Both the position numbers and the translations under genes were made by a program. This document shows, one piece after another, positions 34,603 through 45,668 of a stretch of 64,000 bases of DNA. The DNA is from Chloropicon primus. Taxonomy: Eukaryota. A model generated the notes under the pieces. That model searched no databases, had not been told where the DNA came from, and saw only the letters and a list, made by a program, of their open reading frames with translations. Numbering within the stretch: position 1 is the first letter of the stretch; each line of letters begins with the position of its first letter. The stretch is taken from assembly GCA_023205875.1 (NCBI GenBank), contig CP060768.1, positions 1 to 64,000 on the forward strand, read 5' to 3'.

Positions 34603-36042
34603 TCACAAGAAGCACTTGACCGTGCCCGCGAGGAGTATGGGGGACGGCAAGGCGGAAGGGGAGGGGGAGAGGTAGGTCAAGGTTCCCCTTTGGACGTCCA
34701 CCTCAGTGACGTGGATGAAGCCTGCCACGTTCGAGTGCAATATTTCTGACGGATCCTTCGCGTGGGACACTGCCAGGATCGAGTGCGTCAGGTCCCTCTG
34801 CACGCTGATTTTCTGTACCTTCATCTTATCGTCCGCATCTCTGGTGGCGGTTCCGATGGGCAAGGCCGAGAGGGGGGCCTTTGGGCCGCCACCCACGCGG
34901 TAGACCGAGATCTGGCTCAGCTGGATCGACCTCGAAAAGGGGGAGAGCTCCTTGTCATACCCATAGAAGTAGGAGCGGATCTTTCTCTCCCTGGTGAGCT
35001 TTCTGTGGGAGGAGTCCCTCGAGACCACACCTCCACTTCGCGTCACCTTCACGATCTCCACCTTCCTCCTGTCCTTCCCGTTCTTCTCAGCCCTCGCGGG
35101 GTCCTTTTCCGTGAACACGAATTGGTCCAGGAGCTGGCTGTAGAGCCTGTCGTGGCCGATCACGAGGACCGTGTCTATCTTGAGCTTGTCGATGGCGTGC
35201 AACAAAAGGTCGTAGCCCTGGCCGTCAATCCACCCCATCGTGTTCACAAAAATTCCCGAGGACGACGCAAGGGCGTTGGACTCCGAGGACAAGAACGAGT
35301 CCAGCACTGTGGCCAGCCGCTCCACCGTGGTCTTGTAATAGTCCATATTCTCCGAGGGCGAGGCGTGGCCGTAGAAGAACGAAAGGACATTGTCGCACTG
35401 GAAGACGCCCCTTTTGATGTCCGCCACATCCTCCACCAAGACCGCCGAGATCGTCCCGGGCACCGTGATCATGGACTGACCCATGTCGAGGTCCACCAGC
35501 ACGGGCGTGTTCCCAGCCCTCACCGCGTAGTTGATCAGGATCCTCGTCAAGGTGCTCTTCCCCATGTCCACCGGACCCGCGATGAGGCAACGAGGTCCGC
35601 CGCTCCCTCCATCGGATGCCTTGCCATTGCCGCTCTCCCGCTTCTTCTCCAAAGCCGAGTGAAGGTTCGCGTACTGGAGCTGGGGCGTCTCATCAGCTTC
35701 CACGGAGTACACCACCGGGACCACCGTATCCGCATCATCAACGTACTCCAGCTCCAAGGTCGCGCCGTGGTACGTGAAGCACGCTATGTTCTGGCCGTAC
35801 ACCTCGACCTTTTGCCTGACAGCGATCTCGGTGCCGAACACTTCCGCCGTGCCTTTGACGAGCTTGAGGCAACACTTCTTATTGCTGTCGGACGATTGGC
35901 TCCCTACCGCAGTCGTCGTCGCAGTCGTCGCAGTCGTGCGTTCCAAACTTACGGGGCTCCACTCGATCCGCAACTCGCAGCCTTGTCCTAGCTCGTAGAC
36001 TTGGCGGGTTGTCTTCGGCGCATCGCCTCCAGCCTCCGCCAT
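34603..36042 (-). CDS. CLP1: mRNA cleavage/polyadenylation factor CLP1 (polynucleotide kinase)
   Basis: GTAEVFGTEI, GPVDMGKSTL, DLDMGQ, INTMGW-like VNTMGWIDG, SGGVVSR and SNVAGFIHV. Confidence 0.93.
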   Translation of the reverse strand: MAEAGGDAPKTTRQVYELGQGCELRIEWSPVSLERTTATTATTTAVGSQSSDSNKKCCLKLVKGTAEVFGTEIAVRQKVEVYGQNIACFTYHGATLELEYVDDADTVVPVVYSVEADETPQLQYANLHSALEKKRESGNGKASDGGSGGPRCLIAGPVDMGKSTLTRILINYAVRAGNTPVLVDLDMGQSMITVPGTISAVLVEDVADIKRGVFQCDNVLSFFYGHASPSENMDYYKTTVERLATVLDSFLSSESNALASSSGIFVNTMGWIDGQGYDLLLHAIDKLKIDTVLVIGHDRLYSQLLDQFVFTEKDPARAEKNGKDRRKVEIVKVTRSGGVVSRDSSHRKLTRERKIRSYFYGYDKELSPFSRSIQLSQISVYRVGGGPKAPLSALPIGTATRDADDKMKVQKISVQRDLTHSILAVSHAKDPSEILHSNVAGFIHVTEVDVQRGTLTYLSPSPSALPSPILLAGTVKCFL

Positions 36043-36300
36043 CGCGATACACGACGATCCCTCTTCTCTTCTCCTCTTCCCTTCTCCTCGCGCTCCTCTC
36101 TGCGCGGTGTGCGCCCCCACCGGCTGTGAGTTTGGTGCTCGGCTTGGATGGAGAGGAGGTTGGTCTGGTCGGGGGGGGGGGGGTAATGTCAAGGGGTGGT
36201 TGCTATAATACACGCATACATTATAACTTCGCTTACAAAGTTTCCTGTTTCCAGTTGATGTTCCGGAAAGAGAGCTGTCCCCTGTTCCGGCCCGCTAACG

Positions 36301-37452
36301 TTAGTTCCAGACGCTGACATCCCTGACTTCACAGTTTTCGGTGTTGTGGGGGTTCTCAATGCCCTGTATGAGTCTGTTCCCCATGATCATCCACGCCTCC
36401 CTGCCGCAGTTCCCTGTAGACGATTTGATCAAGGTGGCCTTGCAGACGACGGCCCTCTCGTTGCTTTCCTTGCCAGGGCCCTCGGGGCCGCCGGCCAAAC
36501 CGTCATCGAGCCTCTCGACACGGTGCATCTTCAAGTGAACTCTGACGTTGACTTGGGGCTGCCACAGGAGTCCCAGGCCTGGCTTCCCCTGGTCGGTCGC
36601 GGGTGAGGCCCCGGGACCGTCGACGTGATCGCGATCCGCGGCCGCTTGCCTCCCGTCGCCCCGAAGGGGGGAGAACTGCCTGACCTCGTGGTTGGTGAGG
36701 ACGACTGCGATGTTGTACCGGTTTGCAAGCTCGCTCATCGCGGTGGACAACTGGGTCATCAGGAGTTTCCCAAAGTTTTGCTGGCCAATGCTCAAGTCCC
36801 TGTAAAGGTGGAGGGATGGGCTATCGACCACGACAACCTTGGGGATGGGCTTGTCGTGCTTCTGCAAGTAGCCAAAGTTTTCGATCATCCCCTGGAAGAT
36901 CGATATCAAGGAGAGCGTGTCGTTCACCTGAGTGACGCTGACGTTCGGCAAAATCTTCGAAAGGCTCTCCACGACTTTGGAAAGAAGAGGAAGCACACAG
37001 AAGCACGTCAGCAGCTCGCGTTCCGGGGCTCTGGAGGCTTTGGGGGCTTTGGTTGACTTACCCTCCGTCTCGGAGAGATCGAAGTGCACAAGCACGTGCT
37101 TGGACAATTTCACGAGCCTCTCCGGCGAAAAGCTCCCGTTCGAGGTCATGTAAACGACCGGGTACCCGAGCCAGGCCGCGCAAGCGGAGATGCAGTGGCA
37201 CACCTGCGTCTTCCCCGACGGAGATGCTCCAAAAAATTCAGTGATCTGTCCCTCCCTCAGGCCTCCCCCCAGGAGTGCGTCCAGCGTCCCGATCCCCGTC
37301 GGCAGCAGGACGCTCGTCTGGAGCTTGTTGAAGAGGGCGAGGCCATCCTGCACATCCACCTGGCGCGACAGAGCCTCTGCCACCCTCCTGTCCAACTGCG
37401 CAAGCCAAAAGCAACAGCAAGAGCAACACCAGCATCGAAAACAGGCACACAC

Positions 37453-37491
<39 letters not shown>

Positions 37492-37758
37492 CAATGATGC
37501 AGAGGAAGAGGTTGTCAATGTCCACGAGCGATAGTTGGACGAGGGCATGCGGAGGGATGGAAGACGAGGTGGAGGACTGACCTCGTGGAGGGTTTCTGTG
37601 GTCTGCGTGTCCCTCTCCCTCTCCCTCTCTGCGTGTTTCGTCTTGTCCCTGCACTCGGCAAGGAGGTACGCCTCGAGTGACTTGACTTCCTTGGCGAGGC
37701 GCTCCACCCCCGCGTCCACCCCCCCCCCCTTCAGAAGCCCCTCCACAAGGCGAACCAT
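36301..37758 (-). CDS. RAD51D: RAD51 paralogue, most like RAD51D; join on minus 37758..37582, 37395..37062, 36974..36301
   Basis: LPTGIGTLDALLGGGLREGQITEFFGASPSGKTQVC, VVVVDS, IAVVLTNH and KPGLGLLW; two in-frame GT-AG introns. Start codon uncertain. Confidence 0.8.
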
Positions 37759-38003
37759 CACCACCGCCTTCGCCTCGTCCGTGCCCACGTGAGCAGAGCG
37801 CGCAGATCGATCGCGATCGGGCGGGGAGCAAGGGCAAGGAAGGGGGAACCAAGGGGGAACCAAGGGGGAAGCGGGGCGATCGCAAGGCACTCGGCGGGCC
37901 ATACTCTTCTCTCGTCTCTCGTCTCTCGTCTCTCGGGACAAGCTTTTGCTTTGGCGGAGAATACACGGCGCAGAGAGAGACAGGGGAGTGGGATTGAGGG
38001 AGG

Positions 38004-39602
38004 ATGAGTGCGGAGGTGTTGCCGGATGGCGTGTGGAGGAAGATCTTCCGCGAGCTTGATCGGGAAGGGCAGTGCTTTGCGGCGGCGTTGTCATGCAAGC
38101 GCTTCTTGGAGATCGAGAGTGACGTGTTCGAGGAGAGGGAGAACAAGGCCACGGCGGCCAACAATGATGCGAGGAGGAGGGGAGGAGGGAGGGGACCGAG
38201 GGCAGGAACGGGGACGAGGGCGAGGAGGTGGAGGGGGATTGTGACGCGGCTCAAGGGGTTTCTTAAGACCAATGGCGGCATGCGTGCGAGCGCCGAGTAC
38301 GTGAAGTGGTGCTTTGGGTTAACGGACGAGGGCGACCTCAAGGCGAGGAAGATGCTGGCCTCCGTAGCGGCTTACCAGGGCCACAAGGATGCGCTTGTGT
38401 GGCTCAGGGCGCGAGGGTGTCCGTGGTGGGGGGCGAAGATGTGCAACGCGGCTGCCAAGGGCGGCCAGGTCGATGTTCTCAGGTGGCTGAGGCACCAGGG
38501 AGTTCCCTGGGACGTCAGGACCTGCTACAAGGCAGCGAGGAGGGGGCACCTCGACGCACTCCGCTGGCTGAGGAGCGAAGGGTGCGAGTGGAACGAGTGG
38601 ACCTGCTCGAGCGCGGCCAAGGGGGGTCACTTGGATGTCCTCAAGTGGGCGCGGGAGAACGGGGCGCCTTGGAACGATCTCACGTGCACAGAGGCAGCGA
38701 GAGGGGGGTACATGGACGTCCTCATTTGGGCGCGCGAGAACGGGGTGGAGTGGGACGAGTACTCTTGCAGCGAGGCCGCGCTCGGCGGTCACTTGGATGT
38801 CCTAGCGTGGCTTCGGGTCTCGGGGTGCCCGTGGGACGAGGAAGTCATGTGCAGGTGCGCGGCGGAGGGAGGGAACCTCGAGATGCTAAAATGGATCAGA
38901 GACGCGGGGTGCCCGTGGGACGAGTGGACTTGCACTCGCGCCGCGGAGGGGGGGCACCTGGAGGTCCTGCACTGGGCCAGATCTCAAGGTTGCCCCTGGA
39001 GCGAGTACACCTGCACTCACGCCGCGGAGGCGGGGCACCTGGAGGTTCTCCGTTACCTCAGGCGGGAGGGCTGCCCGTGGCCCGAGAGAGTGTGCGACTG
39101 CGCTGCCCTGTCGGGCAACTTGGAGGTCCTCAAGTGGCTCCGGGGGATGGATCCGCCTTGCCCATGGAGCGAGGGCACGTGCCAGCACGCTGCGAGCGGC
39201 GGGCACCTTGAGATGCTCCAATGGATGAGGGCTCAGGATCCGCCTTGCCCCTGGGACGAGTTCACTTGCGGTGGCGCCGCGGAGTTCGGCCGACTGGATG
39301 TTCTAATTTGGGCGAGGGAGAACGGGTGCGAGTGGAACGAGTTCTTGATCTGCCGGTACGCCGCGGAGGGAGGGCATCTCCCGGTGCTGAGGTGGTCCCG
39401 GGGGGTGGCAGGGTGCCACTGGGACGAGATGACAACCTGGGCCGCGGCGCAGGGCGGCCACCTCGACGTCCTAGCGTGGGCTCGAAGTCAAGACCCGCCG
39501 TGCCCCTGGTTCCGGTCCGAGTGCCTGGCCGGAGCGATGGGGAGGGGCCACGCCGAGGTCGTCGACTGGATCATGAAAGAGAACAGATCTGCAGAGAACT
39601 AA
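38004..39602 (+). CDS. Ankyrin-like 'CPW' repeat protein with F-box-like N-terminus
   Basis: More than 12 repeats of ~25-aa GCPW-x3-C-x-AA-x-GGHL-x-VL-x-W; N-terminal VLPDGVWRKIF...SCKRF. Confidence 0.9.
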   Translation: MSAEVLPDGVWRKIFRELDREGQCFAAALSCKRFLEIESDVFEERENKATAANNDARRRGGGRGPRAGTGTRARRWRGIVTRLKGFLKTNGGMRASAEYVKWCFGLTDEGDLKARKMLASVAAYQGHKDALVWLRARGCPWWGAKMCNAAAKGGQVDVLRWLRHQGVPWDVRTCYKAARRGHLDALRWLRSEGCEWNEWTCSSAAKGGHLDVLKWARENGAPWNDLTCTEAARGGYMDVLIWARENGVEWDEYSCSEAALGGHLDVLAWLRVSGCPWDEEVMCRCAAEGGNLEMLKWIRDAGCPWDEWTCTRAAEGGHLEVLHWARSQGCPWSEYTCTHAAEAGHLEVLRYLRREGCPWPERVCDCAALSGNLEVLKWLRGMDPPCPWSEGTCQHAASGGHLEMLQWMRAQDPPCPWDEFTCGGAAEFGRLDVLIWARENGCEWNEFLICRYAAEGGHLPVLRWSRGVAGCHWDEMTTWAAAQGGHLDVLAWARSQDPPCPWFRSECLAGAMGRGHAEVVDWIMKENRSAEN

Positions 39603-39754
39603 CAGGATGCGTATACACGTACACAGCCGACGACGACGGAGACGAGATCTTCCTTGGAGTTCCTGGGTGAGGGAGTCGAGGGACGGCGCGGGGGAGACGC
39701 TGCTGAATTGGACGAGAAAGAGCGATGTGACGTTGTTCACGATCGAGGATGATG

Positions 39755-39805
<51 letters not shown>

Positions 39806-39891
39806 GAATTTGTGATTTTTTTTCTTTTAATCCAAGGGACGTCGACCGACCGACGACGAAGACAGGTGGTGTTTAGTTTAGGGTGTGCGTG

Positions 39892-40621
39892 ATGACGGGC
39901 TCGACGTTCCTTCGGTTGGCCGCGTACCATCGCGGCGTCCTTCCCGGCCTCGCGCCTCACACGAGGTTCCTCTGCTCCCCGTCCTCTTCCTCCGCCGCAG
40001 AGGAGGCGGACGACGACGGCAAGCAAATTGGGCAGCCCGTCCAGGGCATCAACTACAAAAAGGTAAGCCTGGGAAAGACGCAGGGACGGAGGGGGAGAAG
40101 AGAAGAGAAGACGGGCCTCGTCCCTTGCACTGTGCTGACCTCCACGCCGGCTTCCTTCCCTTCTTCGTTTTGTTTTGATTTGTTTTGTTTTGTTTTGATT
40201 TGATTTGATTCGTTGTCGTCGCTTGCTTTCTAGGGTGGCACCGATCCGAAGATCTTGCCTGATGGGGAGTACCCAGAGTGGCTTTGGACCATGATCGACC
40301 CGAAGCCGACCCTCTCGGAGCTGGACAGGAAGCTCAGGCCGATCATCAACAAGGAGATCAACGGCATTGGGGAGCTGAGGCAGCTCATGAACGACCACGA
40401 GGACGAGGTCAGTAGATTCATTCGTTCATTCCTTGGGACAGGAAGACGTTGAGGAGTTTGGGAGCCCTGACCAAGCGACGTCATTCGTCGCCCGTTTCTT
40501 TCTCTTGTTGCTGTTTTGCACGCACGTGTGCCTCCTTGCTCGCGGTACTCAGATAAGGAGGTATGCCAAGCTTCTGGGAAAGGTCAGGGTGAAGGAGAAT
40601 AACACGAAGAAGAAGAAGTGA
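39892..40621 (+). CDS. Mitochondrial ribosomal protein mL54 (L37 family); join(39892..40062,40234..40407,40553..40621)
   Basis: GINYKK|GGTDPKILPDGEYPEWLW motif; two phase-0 GT-AG introns; C-terminal R..VKENN. Confidence 0.85.
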
Positions 40622-41325
40622 GGAGGAGGCGGGTCCTGCTTTGTGTGTGCTTGTGTGTGCGTGTGTGTGTGTGCACTGCTGCATCCTCATCCCCGGGTAT
40701 TATTATTATTATTCAATACTATTTTTAACGGTTTGGTGGAGTGGGTTGAGTTCTGTATTCTATCGATAAATAGATAGATAGACAAAGAGAGGGACAAAGA
40801 GAGAGAGAAGAGATCGCCTGCAGACAGACTTCTCGGTGGTCCTGCTGCATAACCCGGGCGGTTTCTCCTCTTGCGCAATGAGCACGGTCACTCCCCAGGT
40901 GAAGTATTCAGGAGGGGCTGGTTGTTGTTGTGTGTTGTTGTTTGCACACAAAATCATCCTCATCCAAGAAGCGCAAAGAGGGGAGGCCGAGGTTTCAGAA
41001 ATTCTAGTTTATCGGCCCAGGATTCTTTCGTCCGCCAAGATGAAGGAGAAGAAGGAGACCATTGTCCTCCTCCTCCCTCCCTCCCGTCCCTTCCCTCCCC
41101 CCTCCGTCGTCCTCCTCGTTGATTTTTTCGGATAAGAGGTAGGCTATGGTCGCGCCCCCCTGATCAAGAAGGGATTTGTACACGACACTCGTGTCCTCCA
41201 GTGGCGTGGCTCCTCCTCCGTCATTCTCGTGTACAGATCTCGTGTCTCATTCGTGGAGAACAACGCACTCCATTTTTTTGTGGCGAACAGAGAACGAGCG
41301 GTCGATCGGTGGACAACAAACCAAC

Positions 41326-41360
<35 letters not shown>

Positions 41361-41437
41361 CTTGAGGAGGACGTGACGTGACGTGCACTTAACAGACAAG
41401 AGTACCGTGCAGAGATACAACACACACGAACATAACA

Positions 41438-42363
41438 ATGAAGGCTGCTATGTTGACCAAGTCCACTTTCGCCGGGGCCAGGCTCGCCATCAAGGCCGCC
41501 AGCAGAAGATCTGCCTCCATGAGAATCGGGGCCAGGGCCGAGGTCGGCCTCTTCTACAGCACCTCCACTGGTAAGAGCGAACGACGAACAGCGGACAACA
41601 GCAACAACGTCGGTGTCGTCGACGACGACGGCGAGGTTCTTGAGCGGAACGGCACGACGTGAGCCTGCCTGCTTGCCCGACGGTCTTTCTTTCGTGTGTT
41701 GGCTTGGCCTCGAGGGGTTCTCCCTTGCTTGTCGAATGCGATCGCAATGCCGGAGACGCAAAAGTCCTGACACATGACCTTCCTTCCTTCCTTTCCTTTC
41801 CTTGCTCTCTCCTTGCTCTCTCGTTCCGTTCCGTTCCGTCCCGTTCTTCTTCTTCTTCTTCTTCTTCTTCTTCTTCAGGTAACACCGAGGCTGCTGCCGA
41901 CTGGATCAGCCAGAAGTTCGAGGGAGACATCTCCGACCCAACTGACATTGGTGAGATCGACGTGGACGACTTGACCGAGTACTCCTCGCTCATTGTGGGT
42001 GCCCCAACCTGGAACACCGGAGCCGACGAGGGAAGGTCCGGTACCGCGTGGGATGAGGTCCTCGACGAGATCAAGGACCTCGACTTGAGCGGAAAGAAGG
42101 TCGCCGTCTTCGGGTGCGGAGATAGCTCTTCTTACGGAGACTACTTCTGCGACGCCATCGAGGAGGTCTACAGCGCCATGAAGTCGGCCGGAGCCACGAT
42201 GGTCGGATCCGTTGCCACCGACGGGTACGACTTCTCCGAGTCCAAGTCCGTCATCGACGGAAAGTTCTGCGGACTCCCACTGGACGAGGACAACGAGAGC
42301 GACATGACCGAGGACCGCATTGCTGCCTGGTGCGCCCAGATCTCCGGCGAGGGTCTTGCCTAA
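41438..42363 (+). CDS. Plastid long-chain flavodoxin; join(41438..41570,41879..42363)
   Basis: LFYSTSTG|NTE FMN loop, GAPTWNTG, VAVFGCGDS..YGDYFCDA and GLPLDEDNE; transit peptide; intron 41571-41878. Confidence 0.94.
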
Positions 42364-42690
42364 ATGGAAGAAGAATGGGTTCGAACCAAAAGCGTTGTTG
42401 TTTGCGTGGAAGACCGGACACATCCCTACGTTCTTGGAGGCTATCTAAGGGTTTGGGTTTAGTTAGTTTTTTTTTTCCATAATCGTTTTCGGAGAACGGA
42501 ATAGAAAGAAGTCTTTCTTTTTCTCCCATCACAAGTAATGGAGAAGGCTTCAAGTTTTTTTTTGTTTTGCACTCCCGAGTCCCTCAGCCCTCCCGCCTAA
42601 ACCTCCTCTGCCGTCTCCACAGCCCAGGACTCGACGCCTCGACCTCGACTCGAGCAAAGCAGAGGACAGGACGGGACGGCGTGCGGAGGG

Positions 42691-43143
42691 ATGGCGGAGG
42701 GAGGGACGCAGGAGGAGAGGTCAAGAAACGCCGGAGCGGAAGCCGTCGAGACCGGCCTAAGGAGCGGACTCCTCGCACTCGGTGTCTCCTCCGTCTGCGT
42801 CGGTCTCGCCAACCAGTTCTGGCCCGGGTTCAGAAACGGACTCAACGTCAGTGGAAAGACGGCGCTCGTGGTAAGACCACTCGACTCCGCGCTGCTCCAC
42901 GGATCGAGGAACCAATCCATCGCTGACTCCTCGATCGCTCTTTTGTGTGTGTGTGTGCGTGTGTGTTCGTCCAACCAACCATCCATCCAACGACGACGAC
43001 GACGACGCTTCTGATGACGACGGTTGGACTTGATGATCCAGGTGACTCCTTTCTTCTTTTACTTCTTCCTGGATGCGGAACACAAGCTGAACGACCTGCG
43101 GAAGAAGAATTACGCCAGGATGCGATCGAAGGACCACCCGTAA
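42691..43143 (+). CDS. Small 93-aa membrane protein, ENOD93/RCF2-N-like; join(42691..42870,43042..43143)
   Basis: A GTAAG...CAG intron gives ...GLLALGVSSVCVGLANQFWPGFRNGLNVSGKTALV|VTPFFFYFFLDAEHKL..., with two hydrophobic segments. Family call is from memory. Confidence 0.65.
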
Positions 43144-43646
43144 GACCAACCAATCCAATCCAATCCAACTCGTCGTTTGTATAACAACATCCATGGTACT
43201 ATTGCTGCTGGTGCTCGTGGTGTCACAGGCAGGCAGGAAGGATTGCGGATGCTTCGTTTCAAACACGAACGAGACCCATCCAATCGAAATCCAAATCCAA
43301 ATCCAATCCAAACTTGAGCCCCTGGCCTTCCACCTTCCGTCACGCAGCCCTCATCGTCGTCGTCGTCGTCGTCCACTGCCACCCAAAGTAACCCTGGTCC
43401 AACCATCCCCGTCCATGAAGAGAGAAAGGGAGACAGAGGGAGATCCGGATCTGTGGAAATGAGAGCGATCCCGTCCCCTTCCTAACCCATCGTCCTGGCC
43501 TTCTCACCCCCTGCGTCGCATCGCATCGTCCTCTCCTCCTCCAGGCTCAAGGCTTCATCCCTCGACAGAACAGCAGTAGAGAGAGAGAGAGAGCTGAGCT
43601 GGTGCTGGTGGTCGCTTGCTCGGTTTCTGTTGCATGGCTGCTCGTG

Positions 43647-45665
43647 ATGGAGGAGGAGGAGGAGGACGTGTTCGAAGACGAGGCCTTCCTCCTCCAGGTT
43701 GACTCCCTCGTCCAGGATTACGCCCTCCACCGGAAGAAGGCCAAGACATCCCAAGGGGAACAAGCGGTGAGCCAAGCGGTAAGTCATGACACAGGGAGGT
43801 GGACGCAGGAGCGACCGGAGGGAGAGGCGGCGAGCGGCGAGGGAGGGACAGGTGGAAGGACCTTGGGTCGTGTCACGCAGGAGTGTGGTGCGGTGGGGAC
43901 GGCGACGACGGGAACCCAATTGGACGACGCGGAGGAGGACGTCTTCGAGGATGAGGATTTCCTCCTGCAGATCGACTCCTTGGTCCAGAACTATTCTGTG
44001 GGGAAGGAGAAGGAGGGGATGGTAAGGGGAACGCCAAGCGATGCCGCGGGGGGACATGCCTCTGAAAAGCTGGATTCGATGGGCCCGCCGATCGCAAGGG
44101 CAAGGAGCACTGGGCAGAGCAAGGCTGAGGTCCAACCTCAACCTCAAAGGGGAACTCTCCCCCAAGGCTTCGCGCTTCGGGCCGAGTCTGTCGGGGTTGA
44201 GAGTGCAGCAGGTGTGAATAGCGTTCCCCTTGACAGCATGGCTGCGGAGACTTGGGTCCTGCCCTCCGATCCACGCGCCCGACCCTACCAGTCGAGCATT
44301 GCGTGTTCCTGCCTGTTCACCAACACCCTCGTGTGTCTTCCGACGGGTCTGGGCAAGACTCTTGTCGCTGCCGTGGTGATGGCCAACTACAGGAGGTGGT
44401 TCCCTGACGGAGTGGTGATCTTCACGGCCCCCACGAGGCCACTGGTGCACCAGCAGATAGATGCGTGCACAAAAATCATGAGAATACCAAAGGAGCAAAC
44501 GGTCGAGCTCACCGGGAGGAGACCGATCGAGGACAGGGAGAGGGAGTGGCAGAAGAGCGCCATATTTTTTGCAACGCCACAGGTGGTGGAGAATGACATC
44601 GTGAGGGGAGTCTGCCCGAGGAAGAGGATCGTTTGCGTCGTCTTTGATGAATGCCACAGGGCCGTGGGGAAACACGCCTACGCTTCTGTTGCCAGGCACC
44701 TGCGCAGCAAGGGTGTGAAACACCGTTGCTTGGGACTCAGCGCGACGCCGGGTTCAGACAGAAAAAGACTTCAGGAGGTCCTGACCAACTTAGGCATTTC
44801 CAAGGTCGAGTTCAGGGCAGAGTCTGACCCAGAGATCAAGGACTACGTGCACCTGAGACACCTTGAGAAGAGAATCGTGGGGGCCTCGAGTAGCAAGTAC
44901 AACGGCATGAAGTACTGGAAGGGTGACATGAAAATCTGTGAGCTCAGGCTAGTCCTCGCGGAGCACTTTGGCAACAGCCCGAACAAGAACGTCATCGTAT
45001 TCTGCGCCACAAGGGAAAGGGTGCATGACATTGTTGCGGCGCTGAGTGGGGACCCTGGCATCAAGGCGGCCGCGTTCATTGGACAAGGCTCTTCGTCACT
45101 TCAGGGGAAGGGGGCGAAGGGCGGGAAAGGGAGAGGGATGAACCAAAAGATGCAGCAGGAGGTGCTAAAGCAGTTTAGGAAGGGATTGATCAACCTCTTG
45201 GTCGCGACCTGCGTCGCGGAGGAGGGTCTGGACATCCCAGAAGTCGGCCTCATCGTATGCTACGATGCTTCTGTTTCTCCCGGGAGAAACATTCAGCGCA
45301 TGGGGCGCACTGGAAGGAAGGAGGAGGGAAGGGTGGTTTACCTACTGACAAAGAAAGAGAGGGATGACTACGATCAGATGGAAGAGAGGGAGAAAAGGAT
45401 ACATTCGGCTTTGAGTTCTGGGTTTTTATCCCTGAGCTTGAGCCCGAGAATGATTCCTCACAAGTTTCAGCCAAGACCCATCCTGCTCGAAGAGAACAAG
45501 AAGGAGAAGAAGAAGAATGCTGCCCCGCCACCGATCAGCAACAATACAAACAGCTCGCCCCCCCCACCCAAAGGCATGTCTTTCGATTTCTTCTTCCCCT
45601 CTTCGCTTCAAAAGATTTTCATCGACAAGAACAACAATGTGACAGTAACACCTTGTAACGTGTAA
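43647..45665 (+). CDS. FANCM/Mph1/Hef-like SF2 helicase, short form
   Basis: RPYQ, NTLVCLPTGLGKT, APTRPLVHQQ, VFDECHRA, GLSATPG, FIGQ, GMNQKMQ, ATCVAEEGLDIPEV and IQRMGRTGRK. Confidence 0.9.
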   Translation: MEEEEEDVFEDEAFLLQVDSLVQDYALHRKKAKTSQGEQAVSQAVSHDTGRWTQERPEGEAASGEGGTGGRTLGRVTQECGAVGTATTGTQLDDAEEDVFEDEDFLLQIDSLVQNYSVGKEKEGMVRGTPSDAAGGHASEKLDSMGPPIARARSTGQSKAEVQPQPQRGTLPQGFALRAESVGVESAAGVNSVPLDSMAAETWVLPSDPRARPYQSSIACSCLFTNTLVCLPTGLGKTLVAAVVMANYRRWFPDGVVIFTAPTRPLVHQQIDACTKIMRIPKEQTVELTGRRPIEDREREWQKSAIFFATPQVVENDIVRGVCPRKRIVCVVFDECHRAVGKHAYASVARHLRSKGVKHRCLGLSATPGSDRKRLQEVLTNLGISKVEFRAESDPEIKDYVHLRHLEKRIVGASSSKYNGMKYWKGDMKICELRLVLAEHFGNSPNKNVIVFCATRERVHDIVAALSGDPGIKAAAFIGQGSSSLQGKGAKGGKGRGMNQKMQQEVLKQFRKGLINLLVATCVAEEGLDIPEVGLIVCYDASVSPGRNIQRMGRTGRKEEGRVVYLLTKKERDDYDQMEEREKRIHSALSSGFLSLSLSPRMIPHKFQPRPILLEENKKEKKKNAAPPPISNNTNSSPPPPKGMSFDFFFPSSLQKIFIDKNNNVTVTPCNV

Positions 45666-45668
45666 AGT

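Noticed and set aside
38004..39602. CPW ankyrin gene as an endogenous giant-virus gene
   Set aside because: Similar repeats occur in giant viruses, but the family is also common in picoalgal nuclear genomes; codon usage is host-like and there are no viral neighbours.
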